From: the human T2T-CHM13v2.0 reference genome, Homo sapiens
Assembly (NCBI RefSeq): GCF_009914755.1
Contig: NC_060938.1
Length of the DNA: 64,000 nucleotides
Reading direction: 5' to 3' (one strand)
The notes below the pieces were generated by a model that was not told the DNA's origin, made no database searches, and worked only from the letters and a program-made list of their open reading frames with translations. Both the position numbers and the translations under genes were made by a program. Positions 25,860-43,000 of the stretch are shown here, piece by piece. Position 1 is the first letter of the stretch. Each line of letters starts with the position of its first letter.

Positions 25860-27160
25860 AAACCTGAGAAACAAGAAGATATGAAGGGCAGAGAAGTCAA
25901 ACATGCGTCTAAGGGGAGTTCCAGAGAGAGAATATAGAAAATGGGGAGAAGCAATGTTTGAAGAATAAAGGCCAAGAATTTTCCAGATTTGGAACTGCAA
26001 CAAATTCCAAGCACGATAATAAAAATAAATTTATACTGTTAACCAAAAATAAAATTCTAAGTCTCCCCACTGACTGAATGGAATCTCCTTGGCCAAGAGA
26101 GGCCATGATGGGAAGGGGGGCCTAGACATACCTCGTTATACCCTCTTCCCTTAGGAGTTTAGGCACAACTGACCAGCACTAACATTAAAAGGGGGATCAT
26201 AAGACTGAAAAAACAGATTCTTTGTGGCAATAAGATACCCAGCTCCAACCTAACTCTGGCGTAGCATCATATGACACATAGCAGGCCCTGAAGGAAATCA
26301 AAATATTTTACCCCAAAATACATTTCTTTGACATATTTTGAAATGGCCCTGCAAAGTTATCTCTTGTGGAGGAAATTTGCATACTGTAGAGAATCTCCTA
26401 TACTTTCTTGGTCTTTTCCAAAGAGTCTGACACTTTAAGGTCCAGTAAGAGACATTTACCATCTATTCTCTCTGAAGTCTGTTGCTTAGAGGTGTCATCT
26501 ATATAACAAGAACCTTGGCTTCCATAACCCCCTGCCCCATCTTAACTCAAGCATTTATTGATACTGACTTCAACTCTTCAGGCAAAGCTTAACTCTCTCA
26601 ACCAATTGCCAATCAGGAAGCCCTCACTCTTCAAGATGTTCCACCTTTCTGGGCCGAACCAATGTCTATTTTACATGTATCAATTTATGTTTTTGCCAGT
26701 AACTTCTGTCTCCCTAAACTGTATAAAACCAAGCTATAACCCAATTGCTTTGGGCGCATGTTCTCAGAACCTCCGGAGGCTGTGTCATGGACCATGGTTC
26801 ACATATGTGGCTCAGAATAAACCTCTTCAAGTATTTTACAGAGTTTAGCTTTTTCCATCAACAACATTTTGCCACATTGTAGTGAAACCTCTTTAATACC
26901 AAAGGCAAAGAGACGATCTTAAAAACAGCCAGAGAGGAAATTCAGATCCCAGCAACAGCAATTGACTGACTTTAGCCTCCTCAACAGCAGTAATGGAAGC
27001 CAGCAGGTGGAGGGATTCTATCTCCAAAGGCTGAGAGAAAATAACCACCCATCAAGAATCGTATACCCTGCAAAAATGTCTTTTGGAAATATAGGAAAAA
27101 ACATTGTTCAGGGAAACGTCAGTGGAGTTTGCCACCAACAGAACCTTCTTGAATAACCTT
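25860..27160 (+). mobile_element. Old L1M ORF1-region fragment interrupted by a MER4 LTR
   Basis: 'ggagttccagagagagaa...gaagaataaaggccaagaattttccaga' and 'cttaaaaacagccagagagg...gaatcgtataccctgcaaaaatgtc'. Confidence 0.6.
26037..26863 (+). mobile_element. MER4-family (MER4D/E-like) ERV1 solo LTR
   Basis: 'tgttaaccaaaaataaaattctaag', 'ccccaaaatacatttctttgacatattttgaaatggccctgcaaag', 'ctcagaataaacctcttc...tcaaca'. Confidence 0.85.
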
Positions 27161-28384
27161 TTTATCTTGAGAGATCCCTCTTTCTTCTCAAAGAACAGTT
27201 CTTAATCACAATGATAGTCATAGAAACGTTAGAAATAATTCCTAATGAGGAGCATGTCCCTCCCCTGCTCCTCCCCTCATGCTTCCTTTCTATGTTAGTC
27301 CCCATCTTCTCAGAGCTACCTGGAGGGGATAGCTGTATTTCTTCTCTCTCCATTCTCTTATCTCCTTGCTGGAATGGCATTAAGGAGCTACTGACAGGTT
27401 GTTCTTTGCATTTCCTGAATGGGCTGTCTGCACCGGTTGTTAGAAATTAGACCCCACGGAGACATAAGTGAATCTCAGATATAAGCCCCCTTCCTGGGCC
27501 CCCAAGGAGGCGAGGCAAGACTTGCTCAGCTGACACTGAAAGAGAAGACTAATGTCCTTTGTTTTCCAACCAGTTTGATAGTCATCCACATTTACAGTAA
27601 TTCAATTTACTTGTTACCATTTGGCATTTGGGAGCCACTAGTAATGCTGTCAGGTAAAGTGAAAGAAAAGCGATGGGGAACGCCAGGAGGCATAATTAAA
27701 ATGGAGTGCTAATGACTCTGCCCATCAAAAAGCCCCTGTCACTGTGCTCTGAGTGCAGCTCATTAAGCAGACCTGCCAGCTGGAGAGGAGCCGGAGCTCC
27801 TGCCCTCCTCACGGCCCAGCTGCCTGGGTAGCTCCCAGGCCCAGCGTGCCCAGTTTGTTGAGCGTTTTGTGGAGCCTGAGCTCTCGGCTGGTCCTCAGTG
27901 TCCCATCCTGAGCAGGTGTGGGGGTTCTGAAGTGAATCTGCCCAGGATGAAACCCTGCAGCATTCTGGAGGCTGTGGAGGTTGGACTGGCTTTTCTCAGG
28001 AGTCTTGAGCATCTGTGAAGGCAAACACTTAACCTCAGGATGGAGGAGGGGAGCTGACAGAGGTTCTAGCTTCAGCAAACAAGGAAGGCAAACCCAAGGT
28101 GACTTAGTAATTTTATGACTTTCAAATAATAGAGCCATTCCAATTTCCTTCACAGAGCATAGAAGGTCAGGCATGAAGGCTGCCTCATTTTCTTCTTAGA
28201 ACACACCTGATGAGGCAGAGATTATTGGCATCCTTGCTTTATAGATGGGAGACACCGAGGGAGGAAGTCAAGGGACCAAGTTCCTGTGGCTAGTAAGCTC
28301 AAAGCCTTAGTCCTTTCTATGCAAAGACAGAGTTTCATCCAACAAACATGGTGCTTCTGGCCTGCAATATTGTCCAACAATATA

Positions 28385-28620
28385 AAAAATAGCATCAGTT
28401 ACTATTTACTGAGCTCAACCCCTGTGCCAGGAATGGCTCTAAGGGTTTTACGTGCTAACTCATTTAATCCACACTGCAACCCCAGGGAGTAGGTACTATT
28501 TTTATTCCTATCCTATAAATTGGGAAGCTAAGGCCCTGAAAGGTGATGTTTCTTGCCCGAAACCTAGAGCTGGTAAAGTGGCTGGGATCAAACTCTCCAG
28601 AGTCTTTGCTCTTAATCCCT
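28385..28620 (-). mobile_element. MIR
   Basis: 'atttactgagctc...ctgtgccagg...ctcatttaatcc...gtaggtactatt'. Confidence 0.7.
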
Positions 28621-29714
28621 TTGGTAAGCATAGTATTCTTTCTCCCTTCCTTCTTCTCTCCTCCATCTTCCTTCTCCTCTGTCTCTAAATAAGGACCTGC
28701 TAAGTTCTGAAATTCTAAATACATATAAAAATGTAAATTGTTTCTTTTAATGTGCAGTGCTGCCATATAGTAGGCTGTCAATCTAGATTGGGTCTTTTAC
28801 TTGTTTTTCTGTAGAGAGAAGGATCAGCACTGAGGCATCTGTATCCTAAACCTGTCGCTCCCTAAAGCCAATAGCATGAAGCTTTGCAGGTATTTTGTGA
28901 CTATGGATAAAAAGATATCTGATGGTTGGGACATAACCTGGTGCTTGGCAGTATCAGCTGGGGCTGGAACTAATGAGCCACAGCCCCATTTCTGTGACCC
29001 AACCCAGGGTACTCTATTCTAGGGTGGGCATTTCCAAATATACCCAGGTGCGGAGCTCCTGCTGGCATCCCCATGGCCTGGACCAGTTTTAGTTCTGAAA
29101 GGGCCTGCCCAAATCTTTCCTCACCACACCTCCCAGAAAAGCAGGTGCACAAGTTGGCCAGCTGGCAGCCAAGGTGACTGTCCCCATGGTGTCACATGTG
29201 GGTTTTATTAAACTGCAGAGCACCAATGCTTTGTGACTAGCCAGACCTCAACAGCCTGCCTTTGTCACCTGTGTCACCAACTGTGTTTCACTTCCACAGC
29301 TTTATTAGGATGCGATGGCATCTTGCAATTGCTCCTTTGTTTGGGCCCATGGACTGGACCACATGTCTGAGGAGTCTCAGTCGATAGGTCTATCATATAT
29401 TAACTACATGGAAACTGCCTTCCTTTTTAGCATTCAGCAAAGAAGAATGCAGGAGAAAGGAGATGCAACTCCCAATTCAACTTTGTTGTAGAGAATCAGG
29501 TCCAGGCACTGGTAGATTGCCTGGGCCAACAGAGCACAAGACAGAGGAGAGGAGAGAATGAGGAAAACAGAGATGTTTAGTGTGACTCTGGAATTCATCA
29601 AGAAAGGAATCAAAGCTGCCATTTGGGCAGGGGGAGGTAATAAAGTAATGAACTAAAATAGCTTTCATTCATCCCACTATCCAGACTCACTGTTGTCAAT
29701 AGGTGGGGTCATCC

Positions 29715-30090
29715 CTGTGTTGGTTATTCTCTATTTGTTCCCCACCTCCACCCATGCCATTGCTTCCATCCGTGCTCTGCCCTTTTCTATACTACTGTTC
29801 CCCTAAAAGCTGCTCCTATAGACCCCATCACCCAGATCCCCTTGCACTCTGGCCTACAGTTGGTTTGGGACAATGGAAGCACCAGCAGGAGATCAGAAGA
29901 TAGAAGGGGAGGAGGAGACCAGGGCATTTCTTGGTTGTCCCCTCCTTGCATCAGTGTCACCCCTCTAGCAGGGGCCGAGTGAGCCTGCCTCAGCGGCTAC
30001 AGCTCTCATTGGGCTCTGGTAATGGCCTGGGGTGGCGATGGCTTTCCACTGTTAGTAGTTATTGGGTATCTCAACATGCAAAGGACTGTC
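29715..30090 (+). mobile_element. LTR33-like old ERVL LTR
   Basis: 'ccttgcactctggc...ttgggacaatggaagcaccagcaggagatcagaag...ctcattgggctctggtaa'. Confidence 0.5.
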
Positions 30091-31054
30091 AGCCTGTCCC
30101 ACAAGACTTCTCAGGAGAGGAAGACATGAAGAAAATAGGAAAGACAAAGGGACGTACAGAGAGAAACTGGGAAACAGAGAGCAAGACAGAGCAGGAGAGA
30201 AACATACCTGATGGCATGATATGAGACCTCTCCTAGCTGCCCATTCTAGTCACATTTCTGAAAGATCTTTGAGACAGAACCTCCTATGCAAGGCTGATGG
30301 TTTTAAAAAGCAGCAGGGATCTTGCGTGGAAATTAAGAGGAGATGACCACATGGCCTTCAAGGGAGACCTGTTATTTTCAATTTGGAAGTTACGCTAAGG
30401 CTGGCACTTATGCAGGAGCATCTCTCTCAAGTCTTTAGAAACTAATGAAGGATAAATAATAAAGCAAAGGTTCACCTTCCTTTGGCTGCTGCTGGGTCAG
30501 AACAATGTGGGCTGGAGCAGAGTGCTGGACAGCTGAGTTCTTGACCACCCTAACCTTAATTAGTCACAGACCCTGTAGAAATTCCTAAACTCCCAGTGAC
30601 TCCAATTGCCTTTCCTGTAAGACGGAATTGAGATTTAACAAACAGCACATGAAACAACTACAAAGCACTACACCAGGGCTATCTTTTTATAAGTGTGGTA
30701 TCTTGTCCAAGAACAGAGGTTCTTTTAACTGTTACAATTTATAGATTTTCCAACATGTTGGAGATTACAGCAATGAGAGTTCCATCAAGAAACATAATTC
30801 AATGAGGAGACTCTAATAAGAGCCTTCTTACAAAGGTGTGGGCAGGGTTAAGAGAAACAATAAGACATATTAAGGCACCAAGAACCTGCTAAGGGCGGAA
30901 GCCATTACCAGCCCTGTGCTTGTTACCAGGATCCTGTGAGAGCTGTGGTCACGGAGGAAGGGTCACTCGGGGTCACTCTGAACAAGGAACTTAGCCTATG
31001 TCAACAAAACCCAAAGGGATGAGAGATGGAAAATGCAACTACAAATCCTCTTTT

Positions 31055-31388
<334 letters not shown>

Positions 31389-31644
31389 AACACCCCCCGC
31401 TTTTTTTTTTAGTTATTTTTATTTTTATTTATTTATGTTTTTTAAAATTATTATTATACTTGAAGTTTTAGGGTACATGTGCACAATGTGCAGGTTAGTT
31501 ACATATGTATACATGTGCCATGTGGTGTGCTGCACCCATTAACTCCTCATTTAGCATTAGGTATATCTCCTCCCCCCTCCCCACAACCCACAACAGTCCC
31601 CGGTGTGTGGTGTTCCCCTTCCTGTGTCCATGTGTTCTCATTGT

Positions 31645-35485
<3,841 letters not shown>

Positions 35486-35548
35486 TATGATGTTAGCTGG
35501 CTATTTTGCTCATTAGTTCATGCAGTTTCTTCCTAGCCTTGATGGTCT

Positions 35549-36564
35549 TTACAATTTGGCATGTTTTTGCAGTGGCTGGTACCGGTTGTTCCTTTCCATG
35601 TTTAGTGCTTCCTTCAGGAGCTCTTTTAGGGCAGGCCTGGTGGTGACAAAATCTCTCAGCATTTGCTTGTCTGTAAAGTATTTTATTTCTCCTTCACTTA
35701 TGAAGCTTAGTTTGGCTGGGTATGAAATTCTGGGTTGAAAATTCTTTTCTTTAAGAATGTTGAATATTGGCCCCCACTGTCTTCTGGCTTGTAGAGTTTC
35801 TGCCCAGAGATCTGCTGTTAGTCTGATGGGCTTCCCTTTGTGGGTAACCCGACCTTTCTCTCTGGCTGCCCTTAACATTTTTTCCTCCATTTCAACTTTG
35901 GTGAATCTGGCAATTATGTGTCTTGGAGTTGCTCTTCTCAAGGAGTATCTTTGTGGCGTTCTCTGTATTTCCTGAATCTGAATGTTGGCCTGCCTTGCTA
36001 GATTGGGGAAGTTCTCCTGGATAATATCCTGCAGAGTGTTTTCCAACTTGGTTCCATTCTCCCCGTCACTTTAAGGTACACCAATCAGACGTAGATTTGG
36101 TCTTTTCACATAGTCCCACATTTCTTGGAGGCTTTGTTCGTTTCTTTTTATTCTTTTTTCTCTAAACTTCCCTTCTCGCTTCATTTCATTCATTTCGTCT
36201 TCCATCACTGATACCCTTTCTTTCAGTTGATTGCATCGGCTCCTGAGGCTTCTGCATTCTTCACGTAGTTCTCGAGCCTTGGCTTTCTGCTCCATCAGCT
36301 CCTTTAAGGACTTCTCTGCGTTGGTTTTTCTAGTTATCCATTTGTCTAATTTTTTTCACAGTTTTTAACTTCTTTGCCATTGGTTTGAATTTCCTCCTGT
36401 AGCTTGGAGTAGTTTGATTGTCTGAAGCCTTCTTCTCTCAGCTCATCAAAGTCATTCTCCATCCAGCTTTGTTCCATTGCTGGTGAGGAGCTGCTCTCCT
36501 TTGGAGGAGGAGAGGTGCTCTGCTTTTTAGAGTTTCCAGTTTTTCTGCTCTGTTTTTTCCCCAT
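35549..36564 (-). pseudogene. L1 ORF1, disrupted
   Basis: Three pieces: MGKKQSRKTG (36346-36564), 36071-36295 ending in a premature stop, and 35549-36046 ending ...PLQKHAKL. Confidence 0.92.
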
Positions 36565-37148
36565 CTTTGTGGTTTAACTACCTTTGGTCTTTGATGATGG
36601 TGATGTACAGATGGGGTTTTGGTGTGGATGTCCTTTCTGTTTGTTAGTTTTCCTTCTAACAGACAGGACCCTTAGCTGCAGGAGTTTGCTAGAGGTCCAC
36701 TCCAGACCCTGTTTGCCTGGGTATCAGCAGTGGTGGATGCAGAACAGCGGTGGCTGTAGGACAGTGGATCTTGGTGAACCGCAAATGCTGCTGCCTGATC
36801 ATTCTTCTGGAAGTTTTGTCTCAGAGGAGTACCCGACCGTGTGAGGTGTCAGTCTGCCCCTACTGGGGGATGCCTCCCAGTTAGTCTGCTCGGGGGTCAA
36901 GGACCCACTTGAGGAGGCAGTCTGCCTGTTCTCAGATCTCCAGCTTTGTGCTGGGAGAACCACTACTCTCTTCAAAGCTGTCAGACAGGGACATTTAAGT
37001 CTGTAGAGGTTACTGCTGTCTTTTTGTTTGTCTGTGCCCTGCCCCCAGAGGTGGAGCCTACAGAGGCAGGCAGACCTCCTTGCGCTGTTGTGGGCTCCAC
37101 CCAGTTCGAGCTTCCCAGCTGCTTTGTTTACCTAATCAAGCCTGGGCA

Positions 37149-37493
37149 ATGGCCGGCGCCCCTCCCCCAGCCTTGCTGCCACCTTGCTGTTTCATCTCAG
37201 ACTGCTGTGCTAGCAATCAGCGAGACTCCGTGGGCGTAGGATCCTCCGAGCCATGTGCGGGATATAATCTCCTGGTGTGCTGTTTTTTAAGCCCGTTGGA
37301 AAAGCACAGTATTAGGGTTGGAGTGACCCGATTTCCCAGGTGCCATCTGTCACCCCTTCCTTTGACTAGGAAAGGGAACGCCCTGACCCCTTGTGCTTCC
37401 CGAGTGAGGCAATGCCTCACCCTGCTTCGGCTCATGCACGGTGCGCTGCACCCACTGTCCTGCACCCACTGCTGGCACTCCCTAGTGAGATGA
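37149..37493 (+). CDS. L1 antisense ORF0, open, 114 aa
   Basis: ATG at 37149, MAGAPPPALLPPCCFISDCCASNQRDSVGVG..., matching the known primate ORF0 N-terminus; expression unknown. Confidence 0.65.
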   Translation: MAGAPPPALLPPCCFISDCCASNQRDSVGVGSSEPCAGYNLLVCCFLSPLEKHSIRVGVTRFPRCHLSPLPLTRKGNALTPCASRVRQCLTLLRLMHGALHPLSCTHCWHSLVR

Positions 37494-39149
37494 ACCCGGT
37501 ACCTCAGTTGGAAATGCAGAAATCACCCGTCTTCTGTGTTGCTCATGCTGGGAGCTGTAGACCGGAGCTGTTCCTGTTTGGCTCCGGAGCCATCTTGGCT
37601 CCACCCCAAACCCTCTTTTAGAAATAGGTGAGAGTATCTACCATAAACAGCCTCATGGATAACCATATTTACTGACATAACAAAATTTAATAACTTTTAT
37701 TTCAGAATAATTTGTCTAGGCTTCTTTAAATAACAAACATCATGGCTTATTAAAGGATATAAACTCATTTAAATAAATTTTGTTTGAAACTTAAACATGT
37801 CCCTGGTTTAATGAATATATCTGAAGAGAAGCCCTGGCCCACAGCTATTCCACTGACCAATAGCTCCTGCTTTTAGTGGTGGGACTATCTCCCGCTAACC
37901 ATTACCCAGTGTCTATTCCCCACCTTGGCTCTCATTCAGCTTTTAAGAAAGGAGGCCCACTGACTCCATTGGAGTTGCAAGGTTGCTGACTCAGCTAAGA
38001 GGTTGGGCAGGTGCTTTCTTTTGTCCACTTCATAATCCTTATGTTGTCCGCTTTGTAATCTTTCTCTCGCTGTCACGACACTTGCCCTTGCTACTCCCTG
38101 GGGAAAGGCTCAACAGCTATACTTTGTCTAGGAACTTTTACGTAGGATAAAGTCTTTCTCATTGGCCATGCTGTCCCTAGGGCCTATATGTGCACAGAAC
38201 TACTGACTTCCATAACGAGAAATTGATTCCCAAAAACTGCACCTAAAAAATAACTTGCTATGGATTATCTTCCTGCGTTGGGGAAGAGCCAAAAGACACC
38301 CAGACCTTATGACCAAAAGAAGTAAAATAAGCCATGCTCTTTGCTCTTGGTCATTACTTTCTTCCATCCTGCTTAGGAATTCTGTGAATCATCAAAAAAC
38401 AAGTGGAGTAAAAACAAAGTGAGGCAGAGAAGCCAACCATAATAGGGCCCCTCCACGTAGTGTACTTCTACTGATCTGTCAGAATCTCCTCCACAACTCC
38501 ATGGCTTGAGCAGAATCCCTCGCCAAAAATCTTCAGGCTAAAATTCTACACCTGTGGGGAAGCCAGAGGATGAAAACAAAAGGGGAAATAATTGGCTCAG
38601 AACTCTATTTGAGTTACAGAATTTCAGAGAAGGACTCCTGTAGCTCAACTCAATATAAAGAAGACAACTTTATTATGTGACATCTTTTCTTTCACTCTAT
38701 ATCCAGAAATGCCTTTCAAAGCAAATTTATTTGTGATTTGGACAATTTAAGAGTTTCAGGTAGAGGAGAAACTAAAAAATCTTGAGATTTGAATCCAACT
38801 AGAAATTCCATGAGGCATGGAACTAGTCCTCTTGAAAGGTATCTAATGAACCCTGCTGCCTCGGCCTCAGGACCTCCTGCACTGGGACCCACCTTGAAGA
38901 GCCATCTGGTTTCTCATCCTCTCTGATGGCTAAAGAATGTTCTTCCTTCTGGCTCATGCTACCCTGGTCTGAACTGCCCTCTTGTCTCCCAATACAGGAC
39001 ATTCAGACTTCATGAAACTGTATTAGCCCCACTCCTGCTGACCTCTTTCTCAGGAAATAGAAAGCCAAGTCATGTGCTGCAAATGACAGGAAGGAAACTA
39101 GGACTAGGAATGGAGTGGAGGGCTTGAGGAGAGTGCGAAAGGTTTAAAA

Positions 39150-39527
39150 CAGTCATTTGGGACCAGATTGGAAACTTCAGGTGCCAAGGGGTTGGCATCT
39201 TTAATTTGTAAGGCAGGCACCATGATAAGTTTTCACAGGCACCACTAAGCAGCAGGATCTGAGGAAGCAGATGGTTGGATTTGTCCAGAGTTGGAATTGT
39301 TGTGCTGACAATCAGAGGAAGGACAGCTCCAGAGGCAGATAAGGGTATTAGGAAGAGTGTTATTGAAGTGACTACCCATGAAGAACATAGGTAGAAAAGG
39401 AAGGAAAGCCAGAAAATGCTGGGAGGCTCTGCAGAGTCAGGGAACTGGAGATCTTGAAGGATGGAGGGACTAGATGGCAGCTCTGGTGGGACTAGAGATA
39501 TGTGGGAGGAATAGGGAGATGGCCAGG
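39150..39527 (+). mobile_element. L2 fragment, diverged
   Basis: Purine-rich L2-like stretch flanking the MLT2 insertion. Confidence 0.4.
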
Positions 39528-40070
39528 TGTGATGGTTGAGTGATAACTTGATTGGATTGAAGGATGCAAGGTGTTGTTCCTGGGTGTGTCTATGAGGGTG
39601 TTGCCAAAGGAGGTTAACTTTCAAGTCAGTGAACTGGGAAAGGAAGACCCACCCTTAATCTGGGTGGGCACTATCTAGTCAGCTGCAGCAAGGCTAGAAT
39701 ATAAGCAGGCAGAGGAATGTGGTAGGACTAGACTGGCTGAGTCTTTAGGCCTTCATCTTTCTCCCGTGCTGGATGCTTCCTACCCTTGAACATCAGACTC
39801 CAAGTTCTTCAGCTTCTGGATTCTTGGACCTATACCAGTGGTTTGCCAGGGGCTCTTGAGCCTTTGGCCACAGACTGAAGGCTGCACTGTTGGCTTCCCT
39901 ACTTTTGAGGTTTTGGGACTCGGACAGGCTTCCTTGCTCCTCAACTTGCAGATGGTCTATTGTGACACTTCACCCTGTGATGGTGTGAGTCAATACTCCT
40001 TAATAAACTCCCATTCAAATATTCATCTGTCCTATTAGTCCTGTCCCTCTAGAGAACTCTGACTAATACA
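39528..40070 (+). mobile_element. MLT2A (HERV-L) solo LTR
   Basis: 'tgtgatggtt...aacttgattggattgaaggatgcaa...ctagagaactctgactaataca'; perfect TSD CCAGG at 39523-39527 and 40071-40075. Confidence 0.9.
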
Positions 40071-43000
40071 CCAGGAGTGGAGATTCCAAATCTAAGGCAG
40101 TGCAAAGAGAGGGAGGAGGATGGCATGGTTCCTGATGTGATGGTGGCAGTTGGTGGATAAGGCAGAGGGGATAACAGGGGTGAGAATATGGACTGGGCTG
40201 TTGGATGATCTGTCCCCATGGACCTAGAGGTCAGTTAGTCTAATGGCAGGAAGTAGATTTTTCCAGAGAACATGGAGCTGGTAGACAGAAGTGCTCTGAC
40301 TGGAGCCCAGACCTCTGGGCTGCCATCTTGTGTGTGTTCTCCATTAATAAGCACTGCACACCTTTTCTGCTATAAGTAGCTCCCAAAGAATAAAACTTCT
40401 GAAGCCCCACCTCAGAGTTCTTATTCTAGGTGTCAGGACGGCAGCTCTGTCTCTGTTCAAGAAAACCCTGGATGTGTCTTTCTCTGAGGTTGAGAACTGT
40501 GGCTCCCAGCAAACCTCTCCATTATGGACTAAGTCTTTAAAAGGACCCATCTAAAGGTTAGATGGGGGAAAATGTTGGCATGGACAAAAATAAAAATAAG
40601 GGTGAGGTGCTTGGTTCTTTTCTTCTGGTTTAGACCTTGGCTCCTCCATGACTGTGTCTCTGAGCTGGAGACATCACAAATGCCAACCCTCAGGTAGTTC
40701 AACCCTTCTCTCTTTTTGCTTCCCAGTCCTCCGTCTTGGGAGGGTGCTGGTAAGAAAAGAGCTATTACTTGATAAACCAAAACTAATTTTTTAAATATAA
40801 TTTTTCTCTTTTTTTGCCTGCCCTCCAAATGTTGCTCTGTGAAAATGTGCTTTTTATATGCTTGCCACATCTTCCCCAAGAAACATGGAATCAGAAACTC
40901 AGCATTCAATTTAGTTCCAAGTTAGAACTTCTGGCATCCAATCACAGTGCTAGTTTTTTGGTGCATATTCAAAAATCAATATCACCATCAAAAACAAAAT
41001 TGAAAAAAATTGGAATGATGTTCCTTTTAAAAAATGAAATTTCCTAAATTAGCTACGAAGAAATACCTCAAGCCAGAAGGAAGAGAAACTGTGATCTTGG
41101 GTAAGTCACGTTCCCTCCCTGGGTATTAGTATTCTTATCTGTTGAACTATCTGAGGTCATTCCCAGCTCTACATATTGTTACGAGTATGCTTAAATAGCT
41201 AAATAGCTTTTGTGGACTGCCTCCCCCCTCCCCACAAAATGTATTCACAGGAAAAATGAAAAAGTCTGGTTTGGTTTGACTTTTTCCCATAGAGACATTG
41301 ATAGAAATCCTGCACCACTATTGTTCCTATTCATCTTGACATTTTTTTTCACTGCATCTCACATCTCACAGAGAGCTTATCTGTACTCTATTTCCAAAAT
41401 CTTCCATATTATCCTCATGGTGTCTTTGTAACTCTATTCACTGTATTGAAGTTTGGAATAATACAGTTTTCTTGAAAGATAACACCCAAAGCCAAATTCT
41501 TATAAAAGACTGTCACTTTGGTTTGAAGAGTAGAAATGAGTTGGCAATAAAGATAAGACCCTCCCTTCACGTTAGGACCAAAGAAATCTGAAATCTTTAA
41601 GAAGTCCAATTATGAGCTGCATACTTTGCTGACAAGGCTGAAATAGATACATTATACTTTACAGTAAAGAAAAATCACCCCTAGCAAAAAGCAGGGACAA
41701 AAATTCCATTTAATCATCATTTATACAAGAACTTGGAGTCCCAGCATGACTTATCCCTTATTGCTTCAAACATTACATCATCATTTATTCCCAGCTCAGT
41801 TCAATTCCCTTGTGTTGAATGTCTTCCTTTACTGAAATTGATCTTTGTTAATACCAGGCATAATGTGTTCTCTGTCTCTTAAAGGAAACCGATGGACTCT
41901 TGCCATGACAGGAGATAACTGGAAATCTATATACTCTGGACACCAATATCCCATCAATACACTAAAATGTCTTTTCTTTAAAAATAACAGCCCTGCATGA
42001 ATTTGATCACTTTCCCAAATTAGTGTAATTGATGCACCCTGAAGCCTTAATGATTCAGAAAGTGCATACTTGAGGGATATTTAAATAGCTATTTTGTAGG
42101 GAGATAAAATATGGGCCAATTCACTGAATACGCATTCCCTGAGTTTAGGTATTGCTCAGAGCTTGGCTGAGGGCTGGCTGATATGTCAGAAAGGCTGCCC
42201 TTAAATAACACAGGGGGCAAATGGCTTCTAACAAGCATGATCTTGTTCTCTTCAGGGCCCTCAGTGAAAGATGCAAATGACTGCATTTTAGGACATGATA
42301 ATTATTATGGTAGGAATTATTCCACTGGCTGTTTCCAAACCAAAATTAACCTCAGTTTTCTATCCTGAAAAACTGGGTTGATAATGATTTCTACTTCCCA
42401 GGGTTATTTACTGATGTTGAATCTAAATGAAGTGCCAAAGCATACTCGAGTCTGGAAAACAGCTCTGAGAGTCCCCAGAACTTCCTCCTACAGGACCTCC
42501 TCTCTTCCTCCAGTGCGGCAGTGCTGCTGATGGAGGCTATTCTGAGAATGCTGAATAAATGAATACATGAATGAGTAACTTCCTCCACCAGCACCTTATA
42601 GGCATGCTCCAGCTGCACACCAGCTAGGAGGAATTGGCTGCATTACTTCAAGCTAAAAGATAGCAAGTATACCTCCACTCATCATTTCTAAGCCCTTGGC
42701 AGACATAAATAATCAATCACAGCATTCTTCTCAAATGTGGCCTTCAAAATATTTCCCTACAGAAATATATTTCAGGCAGCCACTACCAATTGTTCAGAGT
42801 TGACACTAGAGATAAAACCTATTTGAAAGCCCCAAGGGTATACAAATTATTGTTAGGGCATAGAGGCTCCTCCTAAATGGATGCTGGAATCATTGATGCA
42901 TCACAGCTGCCATCCTGTATTGTCGGGATGCCCTTAGCACTGCTCATGTGCACTGTGGGTGGAGAAGGCTGGGAAACCAAGGTCTACTTAAGGGGCAGAT

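Noticed and set aside
39070-39624. 184-aa minus-strand ORF
   Set aside because: Spans MLT2A and L2-like sequence; non-ATG start; no domain.
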